Source: an uncultured Candidatus Peribacteria bacterium (GTDB lineage Bacteria; Patescibacteriota; Gracilibacteria; Peribacterales; Peribacteraceae). From it: a stretch of 31,334 nt of DNA. Shown in pieces: positions 1 to 9,202 of this stretch. A program made the position numbers and the translations under genes. The DNA lies in contig CAYQJY010000001.1 of assembly GCA_964418005.1 (NCBI GenBank), forward strand, positions 1-31,334, given 5' to 3'. The notes below the pieces were generated by a model that was not told the DNA's origin, ran no database searches, and saw only the letters and a program-made list of their open reading frames with translations. Positions within the stretch are counted from its first letter, which is position 1, and each line of letters begins with the position of its first letter.

Positions 1-339
1 GCGGTCATCGACGGCGACGAGCGTCTTTTTGATACGGTGGACCTTCTGGTCGGTCACAACGACCACATAGAGGAAGTAGGTGTAGAACCGAGCGAGCAAG
101 ACGAGGTTGAGAAGAATAAATCCGGATGAAACGCCGACGAGGAGTGTTTGGCGTGTTCCGTCGTCTGGCATCCCAGCAAGAAGCCAGAGGAGACCCGCGT
201 AGACCAAGCTGCCAACGATGAGAAGTCGCATTGGACGAACGAGGCGCATCCAATGTTGTCGGAAGTAGAACTCGAACGATTCGCCAGCGCCCTGCCCCGG
301 GAAGGTGATGGCCGGCGATTGCTTCGAATTTTTCACCAT
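1..339 (-). CDS. Membrane protein, probable bacterial PH-domain (bPH_2/DUF304-like) family; runs off the left window edge
   Basis: Hand translation from ATG at 339: MVKNSKQSPAITFPGQGAGESFEFYFRQHWMRLVRP, two hydrophobic helices, then FYTYFLYVVVVTDQKVHRIKKTLVAVDDR. The FPGQ..E....R.HW / TM-TM / VVTD.+V..I layout matches CPR PH-domain membrane proteins as I recall them. Start overlaps the stop of the upstream gene (ATGGTGA). Not in the ORF track because no stop lies in the window. Confidence 0.65.
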   Translation of the reverse strand, partial: MVKNSKQSPAITFPGQGAGESFEFYFRQHWMRLVRPMRLLIVGSLVYAGLLWLLAGMPDDGTRQTLLVGVSSGFILLNLVLLARFYTYFLYVVVVTDQKVHRIKKTLVAVDDR

Positions 340-560
340 AGCCAGGTGAGGGAGAATGCGATCCAGGCGGAGAGAATAATCGCGTGTAGTGCGGCGACGA
401 TGCGCATGCGGCCTATGCGAAAGAAGCCCACCTGCGACCGATCGCGTTCGTGGGGGAACGTGACAGGGTCAATGCGCCGACGGAAGAGCCGCCATAAGAT
501 TGTCTCTCCCACCACAATGATGACGATGAGAGAGACGATGGCGGTTAGGAAGGCCGTCAT
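333..560 (-). CDS. Small two-TM hypothetical membrane protein (75 aa)
   Basis: Within ORF 333..599; more likely start MTAFLTAIVSLIVIIVVGE at 560. Two hydrophobic segments. Co-oriented directly downstream of dnaE and coupled to the next gene. Confidence 0.55.
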   Translation of the reverse strand: MTAFLTAIVSLIVIIVVGETILWRLFRRRIDPVTFPHERDRSQVGFFRIGRMRIVAALHAIILSAWIAFSLTWLW

Positions 561-600
561 GGTAACTGAACATTCTCCCGATTTCCTGGCCCGCGTCAAC

Positions 601-3600
601 TTATGAGACGGCGGCGTAGCGCTCCAATATCTCGTCGACCCGCTGCTGGAGCAGCGGAGACATGGTTACGGTAATGGGTAATGCGACGAGCTGATCGCCG
701 ATTTTCAGCTGCACTTTCTCGCGTCCGGGGTAGAGCTGGAACACGCCTTTGAGGTCGAGGAGGAGTTGCTTCGGGGCGCGAGGGGGGAGGGTGACCGTGT
801 GAATGGAAATTGATGCAGCTTCAGCAGACGTCTCCTTCGAGACGGCCGACACGTCATCGCCCCCGCTCTCGAGGCCAAGTGTTTTCATCGGTTCGTCGAG
901 TGGCATGCCGCGCAGAATCCACGCGCTCACGGGGCCATGGAATTCATTCGAGACGTCCACAGCTTTTATTACTGCCTTTGCTCCGGCGACGACGTCCCCT
1001 TCCTCATCCACGTGGTCGATGTCGCCTTCTTCTTCCTTGCGGACACGGACGATGCCGCGTTTTGCCTCTTCCTCGTCGAAGAGCCCATCGTCTTTCGCTC
1101 GTTGAATCATTGTCGAGAGGGACGCGCGCTTTACCGCATCGACCTTCATTTGCAGTGCACCTCCTCGCTGGTCGATGATGCCGCCGACGACCAAGACGGT
1201 GTCGGGCTGTTCGAGCACTGCTGCCGATTCAGCATAGGTCTTTGGAAAGAGCGTAATTTCCATCTTTCCGGTCGGGTCTTCGAGCATGACAATGGCCATT
1301 GTGTCGCCCTTCTTTGTACGCAGCTTTTTCACGCTCTCGACGATGCCGGCGAGCGTTGCCTTTTTCCCGATATTCTTTGTCGTGAGCTCCTCGATGAGCT
1401 GCGCTTTACGGGCAATGTACTTCTTCAGGCCCGCGAGCGGGTGGCTGGAGACATACAGTCCGAGTGTTTCTTTCTCCCATTCCAACTTTTGCTGCGCAGT
1501 GGCGGGTGGTGTCGATGGGAATTCGATCACCGAGCGTTCGACAGCCGTCTCGAGCGCGTCGAGCAGTGAACCCTGCCCCGTGCCAGCGCCCTCCGCTCCC
1601 TTGCCATAGTCTACGATGGCGCTGTAGTGCTCCACGATCGTGCGACGCTCGGCGAACGAATCGAGTGCGCCCGACTTCCCGAGCGATTCAAGGAGCTTCT
1701 TATTCAAAATCTTCATTGGGAGGCGGCTCGCGAAATCCTCGATGCTCGCAAACCGACCGCCGCGCTTCCGCTCGGCAATGAGCTCGTTGACTGAGCCTTC
1801 GCCGACGCCCTTCACGGCCGCTAATCCGAATCGGATGGCCCAAGAGTCAGACTTTTCTTTCGGCGGTATGACGGTGAACGCACTGAACGACTCATTCACA
1901 TCCGGCGGTAACACCTGGAGGCCCATCGAACGCGCTTCCTCGATCTCAATCATCACGCGTTCCGTATCGTCGGCATCGGACGAGAGGAGAGCGGCCATGA
2001 ATTCCGCCGTGTAGTTCGCCTTGAGGTAGGCGGTTTCGTACGCAATACGCGCGTACGCTGCGCCGTGGCTCTTATTGAAGCCGTACCCGGCGAACGGCGT
2101 GATGACATCGTCGAAGATCTGGATCGCAAGTTTCTCTTCATACCCCTTTTCCACCGCGCCGGTAATGAATTTCTCGCGTTGGGCGTCGAGCTCCTTCTTG
2201 ATTTTCTTGCCGATAGCGCGGCGCAGTAAGTCAGCCTCACCGAGCGAGAACCCGGCGAACACACGTGCCATTTGGAGGATCTGCTCTTGGTAAATGCCGA
2301 TGCCAAAGGTGGGTTCTAAGACCGGGCGGAGGTCCTCATGAAGGTATTTCACTTCCTCTTTGCCGTGCTTACGCTTGATGAAGCTGTCGATCCATTCCAT
2401 CGGTCCCGGGCGATAGAGCGAGACCATGGCCGTGATGTCCTCGAATTGCGTCGGCTTGAGTTGCTTCAAGTAGCGGCGCATACCCGCGGATTCCAATTGG
2501 AACACCCCCGTCGTGTCGCCGCGTTGCAGGAGCGCGAAGGTCGCTTTGTCGTTCATAGGGATCTTCGCGATCTCGATCGTCTCGCCACGCGTGTGCTCGA
2601 TGACCTCGAGCGCCGTCTGGATGACGGTGAGGTTCATGAGACCGAGGAAGTCCATTTTCAGGAGTCCGAGCGACTCCAGCGGTTTCGCCGAGTATTGGGT
2701 GATGATCGTATGCTCGTCCTTCGGAGCCTTTTGGAGAGCTGTGTACTTCGTCGTCGGCTCCGGAGCGATGATGACGCCGCAAGCGTGGACAGAGACGTGG
2801 CGCGCCTTACCTTCGAGCTTCAGCGCCGCATCGATGACTTTTCGATAGAGTTCGTTACTCTCGTACGCGGACTTCAGCTCAGCTGTCTCGAGCGCGTCCT
2901 TCAGCTTCGTGCCCGGCTTCTCAGGGATGAGTTTCGCGAGACTGTTCATCTCGAGGAAGGGGATGCCGTACGCACGGCCGACGTCCTTCACCGCGGCCCG
3001 GGCGGCCAACGTTCCGAATGTACAGATTTGTGCCACGCGATCCTCGCCGTATTTCTGACGGACGTAGTCGAGTACTTCGTCACGGCGATTATCCGCAAAG
3101 TCTAAATCGATATCAGGCATCTGCACGCGCTCCGGATTGAGGAAGCGCTCGAAGAGGAGCCCGTGTTCCATCGGATCGATGCCCGTAATGCCGAGTGCAT
3201 ACGAGACCATCGACCCTGCGGCCGACCCGCGTCCGGGGCCCACGGTAATACCGCGTTTGCGCGCTTCGGCCATGAAGTCTTGGACGATGAGGAAGTACCC
3301 CGAGAAGCCGACTTGGATGATGACGGAGAGCTCGTACTCCAACCTCTCGCGGTATTCCTGCGATCCATTCGGATACACACGTTTGAAGCCCTCATCTGCC
3401 AACTCGCGCAGGTACGATTCTTCTGTCTTCCCCTTGGGGATGGGGAACACGGGGATGCGGTTCTTGCCGAACTCGAACGTGACATTGCACCGGTCGGCGA
3501 TGACACGCGTATTTTCAAGCGCTTCAGGAACGTGTGAGAATGCCTTCTCTACTTCCTCGAATGGTCGCATCGAGAAGTCGCTACCCTGCATCGAGAAGCG

Positions 3601-4311
3601 TCCCGGGTCGGCGATATTCGCGCCCTTTTGGATGCAGAGAAGAATATCGTGTGCTTCGGCGTCGTCTGCGCGGCAGTAGTGACTGTTGCATGTGGCTACG
3701 ACAGGGACGCCGAGCTCTTTCCCATGCCGAATGAGCTGTTGGTTCGCTTCCGCTTGGCCGTTCACGCCAGGGAGATCCATCAGCTCGTAGTAGACATTCT
3801 CTTTCCCGAACCATTTCCAGTAGTGCTTCGTGAGCGCCGTGATCCGCTCCGCGTCTTCTTGGAGCGCTGCTTGCCCGATGGCACTGGTAATGGGGCCAGT
3901 GAGACAGAGAAGGCCTGCTCCATACTTTGTGAGAAGCTCATCATCCACACGCGGCTTGTAGTACATGCCGTCCATCGCACTGATCGTCGCGAGCTGGAGG
4001 AGGTTTTGGTATCCCTCGTTCGACAGGGCGAGCAGCGTGAGCGGGAAACTCTTCGTATCCGTGCCGCTCTCGCGATCGTGGCGCGTGCGCGCGGCGACGT
4101 ACGCTTCAAGTCCGAGGATCGGCTTGAGCCCGTGCTTGCTCGCATACTGAAAAAATTCGACGAGGCCGTACGTGTAGCCCTTGTCCGCCAAACCGACTGC
4201 CGTCTGGCCTAATTCCTTCGCGCGCAGGACGATCTCCTCCGGGCTAGGGAGGGCTTCTAACAGCGAATACGTGCTGTGGGAGTGCAGGTGGACGAAGTCC
4301 TCAGGTTTCAC
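601..4311 (-). CDS. dnaE: DNA polymerase III alpha subunit
   Basis: 1236 aa. N-terminal PHP (FVHLHSHSTYSLL), GRGSAAGS, FERFLNPER, catalytic PDIDLDF and LLKMDFLGL, YGFNKSH, OB fold (AGIVESVKKLRTKKGDTMAIVMLEDPTG). GTG start. Confidence 0.98.
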   Translation of the reverse strand: MKPEDFVHLHSHSTYSLLEALPSPEEIVLRAKELGQTAVGLADKGYTYGLVEFFQYASKHGLKPILGLEAYVAARTRHDRESGTDTKSFPLTLLALSNEGYQNLLQLATISAMDGMYYKPRVDDELLTKYGAGLLCLTGPITSAIGQAALQEDAERITALTKHYWKWFGKENVYYELMDLPGVNGQAEANQQLIRHGKELGVPVVATCNSHYCRADDAEAHDILLCIQKGANIADPGRFSMQGSDFSMRPFEEVEKAFSHVPEALENTRVIADRCNVTFEFGKNRIPVFPIPKGKTEESYLRELADEGFKRVYPNGSQEYRERLEYELSVIIQVGFSGYFLIVQDFMAEARKRGITVGPGRGSAAGSMVSYALGITGIDPMEHGLLFERFLNPERVQMPDIDLDFADNRRDEVLDYVRQKYGEDRVAQICTFGTLAARAAVKDVGRAYGIPFLEMNSLAKLIPEKPGTKLKDALETAELKSAYESNELYRKVIDAALKLEGKARHVSVHACGVIIAPEPTTKYTALQKAPKDEHTIITQYSAKPLESLGLLKMDFLGLMNLTVIQTALEVIEHTRGETIEIAKIPMNDKATFALLQRGDTTGVFQLESAGMRRYLKQLKPTQFEDITAMVSLYRPGPMEWIDSFIKRKHGKEEVKYLHEDLRPVLEPTFGIGIYQEQILQMARVFAGFSLGEADLLRRAIGKKIKKELDAQREKFITGAVEKGYEEKLAIQIFDDVITPFAGYGFNKSHGAAYARIAYETAYLKANYTAEFMAALLSSDADDTERVMIEIEEARSMGLQVLPPDVNESFSAFTVIPPKEKSDSWAIRFGLAAVKGVGEGSVNELIAERKRGGRFASIEDFASRLPMKILNKKLLESLGKSGALDSFAERRTIVEHYSAIVDYGKGAEGAGTGQGSLLDALETAVERSVIEFPSTPPATAQQKLEWEKETLGLYVSSHPLAGLKKYIARKAQLIEELTTKNIGKKATLAGIVESVKKLRTKKGDTMAIVMLEDPTGKMEITLFPKTYAESAAVLEQPDTVLVVGGIIDQRGGALQMKVDAVKRASLSTMIQRAKDDGLFDEEEAKRGIVRVRKEEEGDIDHVDEEGDVVAGAKAVIKAVDVSNEFHGPVSAWILRGMPLDEPMKTLGLESGGDDVSAVSKETSAEAASISIHTVTLPPRAPKQLLLDLKGVFQLYPGREKVQLKIGDQLVALPITVTMSPLLQQRVDEILERYAAVS

Positions 4312-4317
4312 TCCTGC

Positions 4318-4323
4318 AGTATA
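4318..4323 (-). promoter_or_regulatory. -10 box TATACT 6 nt before the dnaE GTG (leaderless-type promoter)
   Basis: Minus strand reads TATACT-gcagga-GTG. Confidence 0.55.
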
Positions 4324-4359
4324 CCCGACTTCGCCCCTGCGGGGACTTCGTCGGGCAGG
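4324..4359. repeat. REP-like hairpin CCCGAC-TTCG-(CCCC tgc GGGG)-ACTTC-GTCGGG-CAGG
   Basis: Outer stem 4324-4329/4350-4355, inner stem 4334-4337/4341-4344. Ends in GGGCAGG like the element at 27458-27480. Confidence 0.6.
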
Positions 4360-4374
4360 TCCTGCATCGCCTAG

Positions 4375-5910
4375 CTAGGGTAGGATTTCGAAGCAACTTC
4401 CGTTGAGACTGGCGCCATCCACCTGAATGCACGCCGCCTCGGCGCACTTCTTCCAACGGGGGCTATCCTCAGTGTCGCTGAGGAAGGAGCCGTTGGTGTA
4501 GGGGAAGCATTCGTCCTGCAGTCCAATGCGCACGACTTGCTCAAGGATCTTTCCGCACGCACGGAATGCGCAAGTACGACGCAGGAAATACGCGAGTTCG
4601 AGGACGAATGTTCGCACTCCCTGCTTCAAGCTTGCGAGGCGCGAGAGTTCCCCGATCGAGGCGCGCATGTCGCTGAGAGCATCCGCGATTTCGAGTTGGC
4701 TGTCCGCCGCTTCGGGGAAGATGGCCCCCTCTTTGCGTCCTTGGATACCGCTGATGGAGCGGAACGTGAGACGGAATGATGAGCGTGTTGTTCCGAGGAG
4801 TATTTCGTCGTGCTCGCGCTGCTTCAGCTCGTCGCTGTCGGGTGGAAGATCTTCGTAGCGTGCCCACTCGGCAGGGAAGGTGCGGGAAAAGCCGTCTTCG
4901 ATGCGCTTCTCGAGGAAGTCCGAAAGGAGGCGAAGATGATCGGTGGTGTAGGAGAATGTTCCGCGGATGGAACGCTTCGGGATCGTGGGAGTTGTGGTAT
5001 TACGGATGCACTGTCCCTTTCCCTTTGATGCACAGAATTCGTTCGAACCGCACTTCAAGCCGTCATCCTCGCTGCAAAGGCCTTCCTCTTCTTGGCAGCC
5101 GATGATTGTGTGGTGTTCCCGATCGGAGACTGAGTCGTTATCAAACTCCTGTGAGCCGTCGAAGCCCGTGTGTTCCGGGAATTGACCTACGGTGGCCTCG
5201 CCGAGGAGTGGAATGATCTCGCGGAACGCGTCGATCTCCTTTTCTATTTTCGCCAATCCGTCACGTTCTGCCTGTGCAAAATCCAGGCCGTTGCCGTTGA
5301 TGGTATCGAGAATCGAGATGTCACACCCGTATCCTGTCATGCGTGGTGGAGTGTAGTTTGAGTGGAACGGGCAGAGGGGTTCAGTGAGTTCTTCGACTGG
5401 CTCTTCGTCGAAGAGGTAGAAATCGTCCCACGTCTCGTCTGCGTAGCTGCCGTCGAGGCTTCCTTGCGAAAGGTGATACAGGCGGGCCTGCAAGAAATTC
5501 ATCGTCGATTGCAGTCGCATGATGGCGATAAACGAACCGCGCTCGAGTTCTTGATCCAACGCACGGCGCACGGCGTCCATTTTGCATTCGATGAGGATTT
5601 GATCGAAGCGGAGGCAGGCCGTCGTGCTTGGTAGATCGGCGGAGCGAAGCGTGAGGCGCTGCTTCGAGTCGATGAGGCGTGCAAACGTTGCCGCTACTTG
5701 TCTTGTCCAATCGCCGAAGTAGAGCGGGAAGAAGTCGGTATTTGTTTTCGCTTCCGCTGCGTAGCGAATGCCAGCATCCGCGCGTTCAAGCACGTTCTTC
5801 ACGTAGTGCTGGGAGATTGGCTCGACATGTTTCAGCTGCTCGCAATCGACTGCCGCATGTGCGCCAAGCGGCAGAAGAAGGAGGCCTGTGAGAAGAAGAA
5901 GTTTTCGCAT
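4375..5910 (-). CDS. Exported Cys-rich hypothetical protein (511 aa), gene 5 of secreted operon
   Basis: Start MRKLLLLTGLLLLPLGAHA|AVDC is a Sec signal peptide. ATG overlaps the upstream TAA (TAATG). 16 Cys by my count, including a compact C-x6-C-x7-C-x5-C-x7-C module. Confidence 0.85.
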   Translation of the reverse strand: MRKLLLLTGLLLLPLGAHAAVDCEQLKHVEPISQHYVKNVLERADAGIRYAAEAKTNTDFFPLYFGDWTRQVAATFARLIDSKQRLTLRSADLPSTTACLRFDQILIECKMDAVRRALDQELERGSFIAIMRLQSTMNFLQARLYHLSQGSLDGSYADETWDDFYLFDEEPVEELTEPLCPFHSNYTPPRMTGYGCDISILDTINGNGLDFAQAERDGLAKIEKEIDAFREIIPLLGEATVGQFPEHTGFDGSQEFDNDSVSDREHHTIIGCQEEEGLCSEDDGLKCGSNEFCASKGKGQCIRNTTTPTIPKRSIRGTFSYTTDHLRLLSDFLEKRIEDGFSRTFPAEWARYEDLPPDSDELKQREHDEILLGTTRSSFRLTFRSISGIQGRKEGAIFPEAADSQLEIADALSDMRASIGELSRLASLKQGVRTFVLELAYFLRRTCAFRACGKILEQVVRIGLQDECFPYTNGSFLSDTEDSPRWKKCAEAACIQVDGASLNGSCFEILP

Positions 5911-8453
5911 TAGTTCACGAGGTTGAGCGGGCACATATTCGTCGGAAACTTCACGGTGATCGCTTCATGGAGGAGCATGTTTGCGAGTCCAACGACCTCC
6001 GAGAGCGTTCTAGTACCGATGCGCAGGTATTGCCCCTGCATGTCCGTGCCGATGCGTGAGCCGAGCCCCGCTGCGAGCTCTTCCGTGAGAAGCGTCGCGT
6101 CGCGCTGCTCCTGAGCGCTGTCGATGAGACTCAGACCTGTCGTTGCCGCGTCTTCCAAGGGAGTAGCAAGACGGCGCGTTGGAGCGAAAGCACACAGATG
6201 AGGCGGGGTCGCCGCAGGCAATCCTTGGAGTTGGCAGAGTGCATCCTCCAATGTGCGGAGGACCATGAGCGGTCGATATGACGGCAGAGGAGGATGCGTT
6301 GCGGGCACCGAGCGCACGATCTTCGCAAGTGCTTCGCCTGTGGCAGGATTGTCATAGGGGAATGCACTGTCGCCAACCGTCGCTGGTGACCGTCCGCCCG
6401 TGAGCCTGTGGAGCTCAAGGGAGTCCTCGACGCACTGGCCGATGTAGCACGCGTTATTCCCGATCGTGTTCTTGTATTCGGTCAGTGTGCCGGGCATGCA
6501 GAGCGGAGTGTGACGCTCGATCGTCCGTAATCGTGCGGCGAGGCGCGGGTCCATTTTCTTTTCGTCTGTAGCCTCTGCGCAGGAGGCGGGCACGCCCGCA
6601 GGATTCACATCGGTGACAGAGACGAGTTTTGCGAAGAAGCCTGCCGGATACGAACGCGAAACGGGGCATCCGGGGAAGTTCTTGCCGTCGAATTGTACCG
6701 CCCTGCAGCCGAAATCGGCGCCGAATTCGCCGCAAACCTGCGAATCGATCGTGATACCGTCGATCACAACAGGTTCCTTCACTCCATCGCCGTCTGTGTC
6801 GCGCTGAAAGACGCCGTCATCTTCCATTGCCTTGCATGCCGCACGGTAGGCTTCGCCTTCAAACCGACAACATTGAGCAGCGGCTTGGTCGAACGTAAGT
6901 CCGGCATAGACAGAATCTTTTGCGGGTAATCCGCAGTTTTGATAGGCGTGCACCAGTTCGTGGAGCACCAGGTAGTTCGTGATACCGATACCGGCACCGT
7001 TACTGATACAGATATCGATCGAACCATTCGGTCGTTTGGGGCTTGTATTGGCTATTTCCCCGCCGCCGAGGCCACAGTCATCGGCACAACGGATATTCAC
7101 ATCACACCGAGTGATAGGAGCGTTCGGGTTTTCGTTCTTCCAGTCGATCTCACGACAGACGTCCGCCCCCGCGATGGTGAATGTCGGGGCATCGTCGAGT
7201 GTGCACGAAACCAGCGTGATCACATTCTCCCCGTTATTCGCGGATGCCGGCTCGGGGCACTGCTCTTCGCTCGTCGCGTGGAACGCACGGCAGAGGTACC
7301 CGCGCTGCGCGAGTGCCATAGAGCAGAGGCCGCGTCCATCAATCAATCGCTTGGTACCGGAAGGCAGGGGATTCCCCTCCTCGTCGGAGGAATCGTCCGT
7401 CGCCGGTTCCGGCGGATAGCGTCCACCGAGAATCGGCTTGTCGGTTTCATCCGTTTTCACGCTGAGGAGGGCTGGAAGGAGCGGTTCCATTGGGTAGCGC
7501 CACGCCAAACCAACATCTCCGAGAGGATGCTGGTCGGGGCTGCTTCCACTGTCGGGCGCTTTATCGATGCGCGCCCAGAGGAGGACGTTTTCCGGAAGAA
7601 TGTCTTGTAGTTCGTCTGGGAAAAGAACGTACGCTACCTCGTTGTTGCTCAAGGGGGGATCGAAGTCGTTGCGGTCCTTCGGGAGTACATTCCAGATGTC
7701 CTTTAGTGCTCCGCCGTGCGGGAATGTGTACTGCTCATAGAAGAGGTACTGCCGCTCCGTCCCTGGTTCGCTGTGACCATCTTCGAACGGTGGGGGATAC
7801 GTAGGGTTTCTATCGCCAGCACGTAAGCGTGCGCCGTACTGGAAGTACCAGACGAATCCCGTACGCCATTCTTCGTTCCCATCCTCAAGGGCTATGGCGA
7901 GTTCTTCGAACTTCGGACGGAGCGAATCTGCTTCGTCGTCCGAGAGTGCCTTCGTTCGAATGAGGATGGCGCCCGTGGCGGCCTGTTGGATGCTTCCCGT
8001 TCCGGCACGCCAAATATTAATGATGCCCGAGAGGTCTGTGGCCAAGTGAAATGGGCGTCCTGGTATTTCCGAAATAGGCAGCTCTTGGGCTGTTGCAATA
8101 CGCTGGAGGTTTCGGCCGAAGGTTCTCAGTGCTTGTTCTTCCTTCGCCAGTGCTCCGATGTTTTCCAGTGCTTCCGAACAACCGCCGAGCGTTCGTTCTT
8201 GCGAGTCACTCTCACCCGTGCCACACGCACCTGATGCATCGTTGAGGACGGCGGCTTTCATTTGTTCGTCATTGAGATCCCAGCGCTCCCTGTACACGCC
8301 CTGCAAGTACTTTAGAACCGTTTTATCCATGTTGGGTGTACTGAATTCTTCCTGCACTTGTGTGCGAAAGAGGTTGTACAAGTTTTTCTCCGCTGCGAGG
8401 GTCGAGAGCGGGAAGAGAAGGAGAAGGCCTGCGATCGTGAGCACGCGTTTCAT
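5910..8453 (-). CDS. Exported Cys-rich 847-aa protein with putative zinc metallopeptidase (HExxH) domain, gene 4 of secreted operon
   Basis: Signal peptide MKRVLTIAGLLLLFPLSTLA|AE. 25 Cys by my count. YLVLHELVHAYQNC (H498-H502) followed by CCRFEGEAY (E532). TGATG overlap with the upstream gene. Confidence 0.85.
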   Translation of the reverse strand: MKRVLTIAGLLLLFPLSTLAAEKNLYNLFRTQVQEEFSTPNMDKTVLKYLQGVYRERWDLNDEQMKAAVLNDASGACGTGESDSQERTLGGCSEALENIGALAKEEQALRTFGRNLQRIATAQELPISEIPGRPFHLATDLSGIINIWRAGTGSIQQAATGAILIRTKALSDDEADSLRPKFEELAIALEDGNEEWRTGFVWYFQYGARLRAGDRNPTYPPPFEDGHSEPGTERQYLFYEQYTFPHGGALKDIWNVLPKDRNDFDPPLSNNEVAYVLFPDELQDILPENVLLWARIDKAPDSGSSPDQHPLGDVGLAWRYPMEPLLPALLSVKTDETDKPILGGRYPPEPATDDSSDEEGNPLPSGTKRLIDGRGLCSMALAQRGYLCRAFHATSEEQCPEPASANNGENVITLVSCTLDDAPTFTIAGADVCREIDWKNENPNAPITRCDVNIRCADDCGLGGGEIANTSPKRPNGSIDICISNGAGIGITNYLVLHELVHAYQNCGLPAKDSVYAGLTFDQAAAQCCRFEGEAYRAACKAMEDDGVFQRDTDGDGVKEPVVIDGITIDSQVCGEFGADFGCRAVQFDGKNFPGCPVSRSYPAGFFAKLVSVTDVNPAGVPASCAEATDEKKMDPRLAARLRTIERHTPLCMPGTLTEYKNTIGNNACYIGQCVEDSLELHRLTGGRSPATVGDSAFPYDNPATGEALAKIVRSVPATHPPLPSYRPLMVLRTLEDALCQLQGLPAATPPHLCAFAPTRRLATPLEDAATTGLSLIDSAQEQRDATLLTEELAAGLGSRIGTDMQGQYLRIGTRTLSEVVGLANMLLHEAITVKFPTNMCPLNLVN

Positions 8454-9202
8454 CAGTCAGAGAGGTCACGAAGCGATCCACGGGAGTCCCAAATTTTCGG
8501 CATGCAGGAAGCGGCTTCGGAGATGAGGCCGGTGGCATTTCGCAGATCGAGTGAGGCACGCTTCAGGCACTCAAGTTCAGCGGCGAGGGGCCGGAGGCGA
8601 TCGATACCACCGATGAATGCGAGGGTGCGCTCGAGGGTGGGCCGTGCGGTCGCAAGTTCCGACTGGATGATTCCGCGCTGGCGCGAAGCCTCTTGCGTCT
8701 GAGCTCCCGCATTCATACTCACCATTTTGGTTCCCGTCGGTGTTTCCCATGGGGTGCCCATTTCTTTGACGATCGTCGGCTCGAGAAACTTACGGCGCTG
8801 GAACAGGGAGCATTCGTAGACGCGGAGGTATTCAAGCAGGACCGATGAAAGGTCGGCTTCCGAAAGCTCGGCTCCACGCGATGGGCCCCACTCCGGCAGT
8901 TGATCCGCAAGTTGTTGCAGCTCGCTACTTGGTTGCAGCAGACCGCGGTAGTCGTTTGCTGTGCACTGCAGCGGACGAGTGTGGATCGAGGAAATTTGTT
9001 CGAAGTGTGCATCGACGACGCGTGCGATCGTTGAATGGTAGACGTTCGACGCGGATTCAATGGCGAGCGACGCGAAGACGGTGTCCTCTCCGGTGCAGGG
9101 AGGAAGTTTGAGGATGCTGTTGCTCGGGTCTGGTTCAGCGAGTCCGCATCCTGTGAGGAGCATCGCGTATGCAGCGCCCATGGCGACGGTTTTCCTATTC
9201 AT
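8453..9202 (-). CDS. Predicted lipoprotein, helical hypothetical (249 aa), gene 3 of secreted operon
   Basis: MNRKTVAMGAAYAMLLTG|C has a positive N-terminus, hydrophobic core and LTGC lipobox. Five further Cys. 8-nt overlap with the upstream gene. Confidence 0.8.
   Translation of the reverse strand: MNRKTVAMGAAYAMLLTGCGLAEPDPSNSILKLPPCTGEDTVFASLAIESASNVYHSTIARVVDAHFEQISSIHTRPLQCTANDYRGLLQPSSELQQLADQLPEWGPSRGAELSEADLSSVLLEYLRVYECSLFQRRKFLEPTIVKEMGTPWETPTGTKMVSMNAGAQTQEASRQRGIIQSELATARPTLERTLAFIGGIDRLRPLAAELECLKRASLDLRNATGLISEAASCMPKIWDSRGSLRDLSD

Noticed and set aside
148-4212. Long plus-strand ORFs opposite dnaE (e.g. 937..1569, 2338..3105, 3628..4212)
   Set aside because: Antisense shadows of a GC-rich, codon-biased gene; no motifs or start signals.
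601-4311. Possible intein in DnaE
   Set aside because: Core motifs are contiguous and there is no C/S…HN splice pair or LAGLIDADG segment; the extra length is the C-terminal acidic linker.
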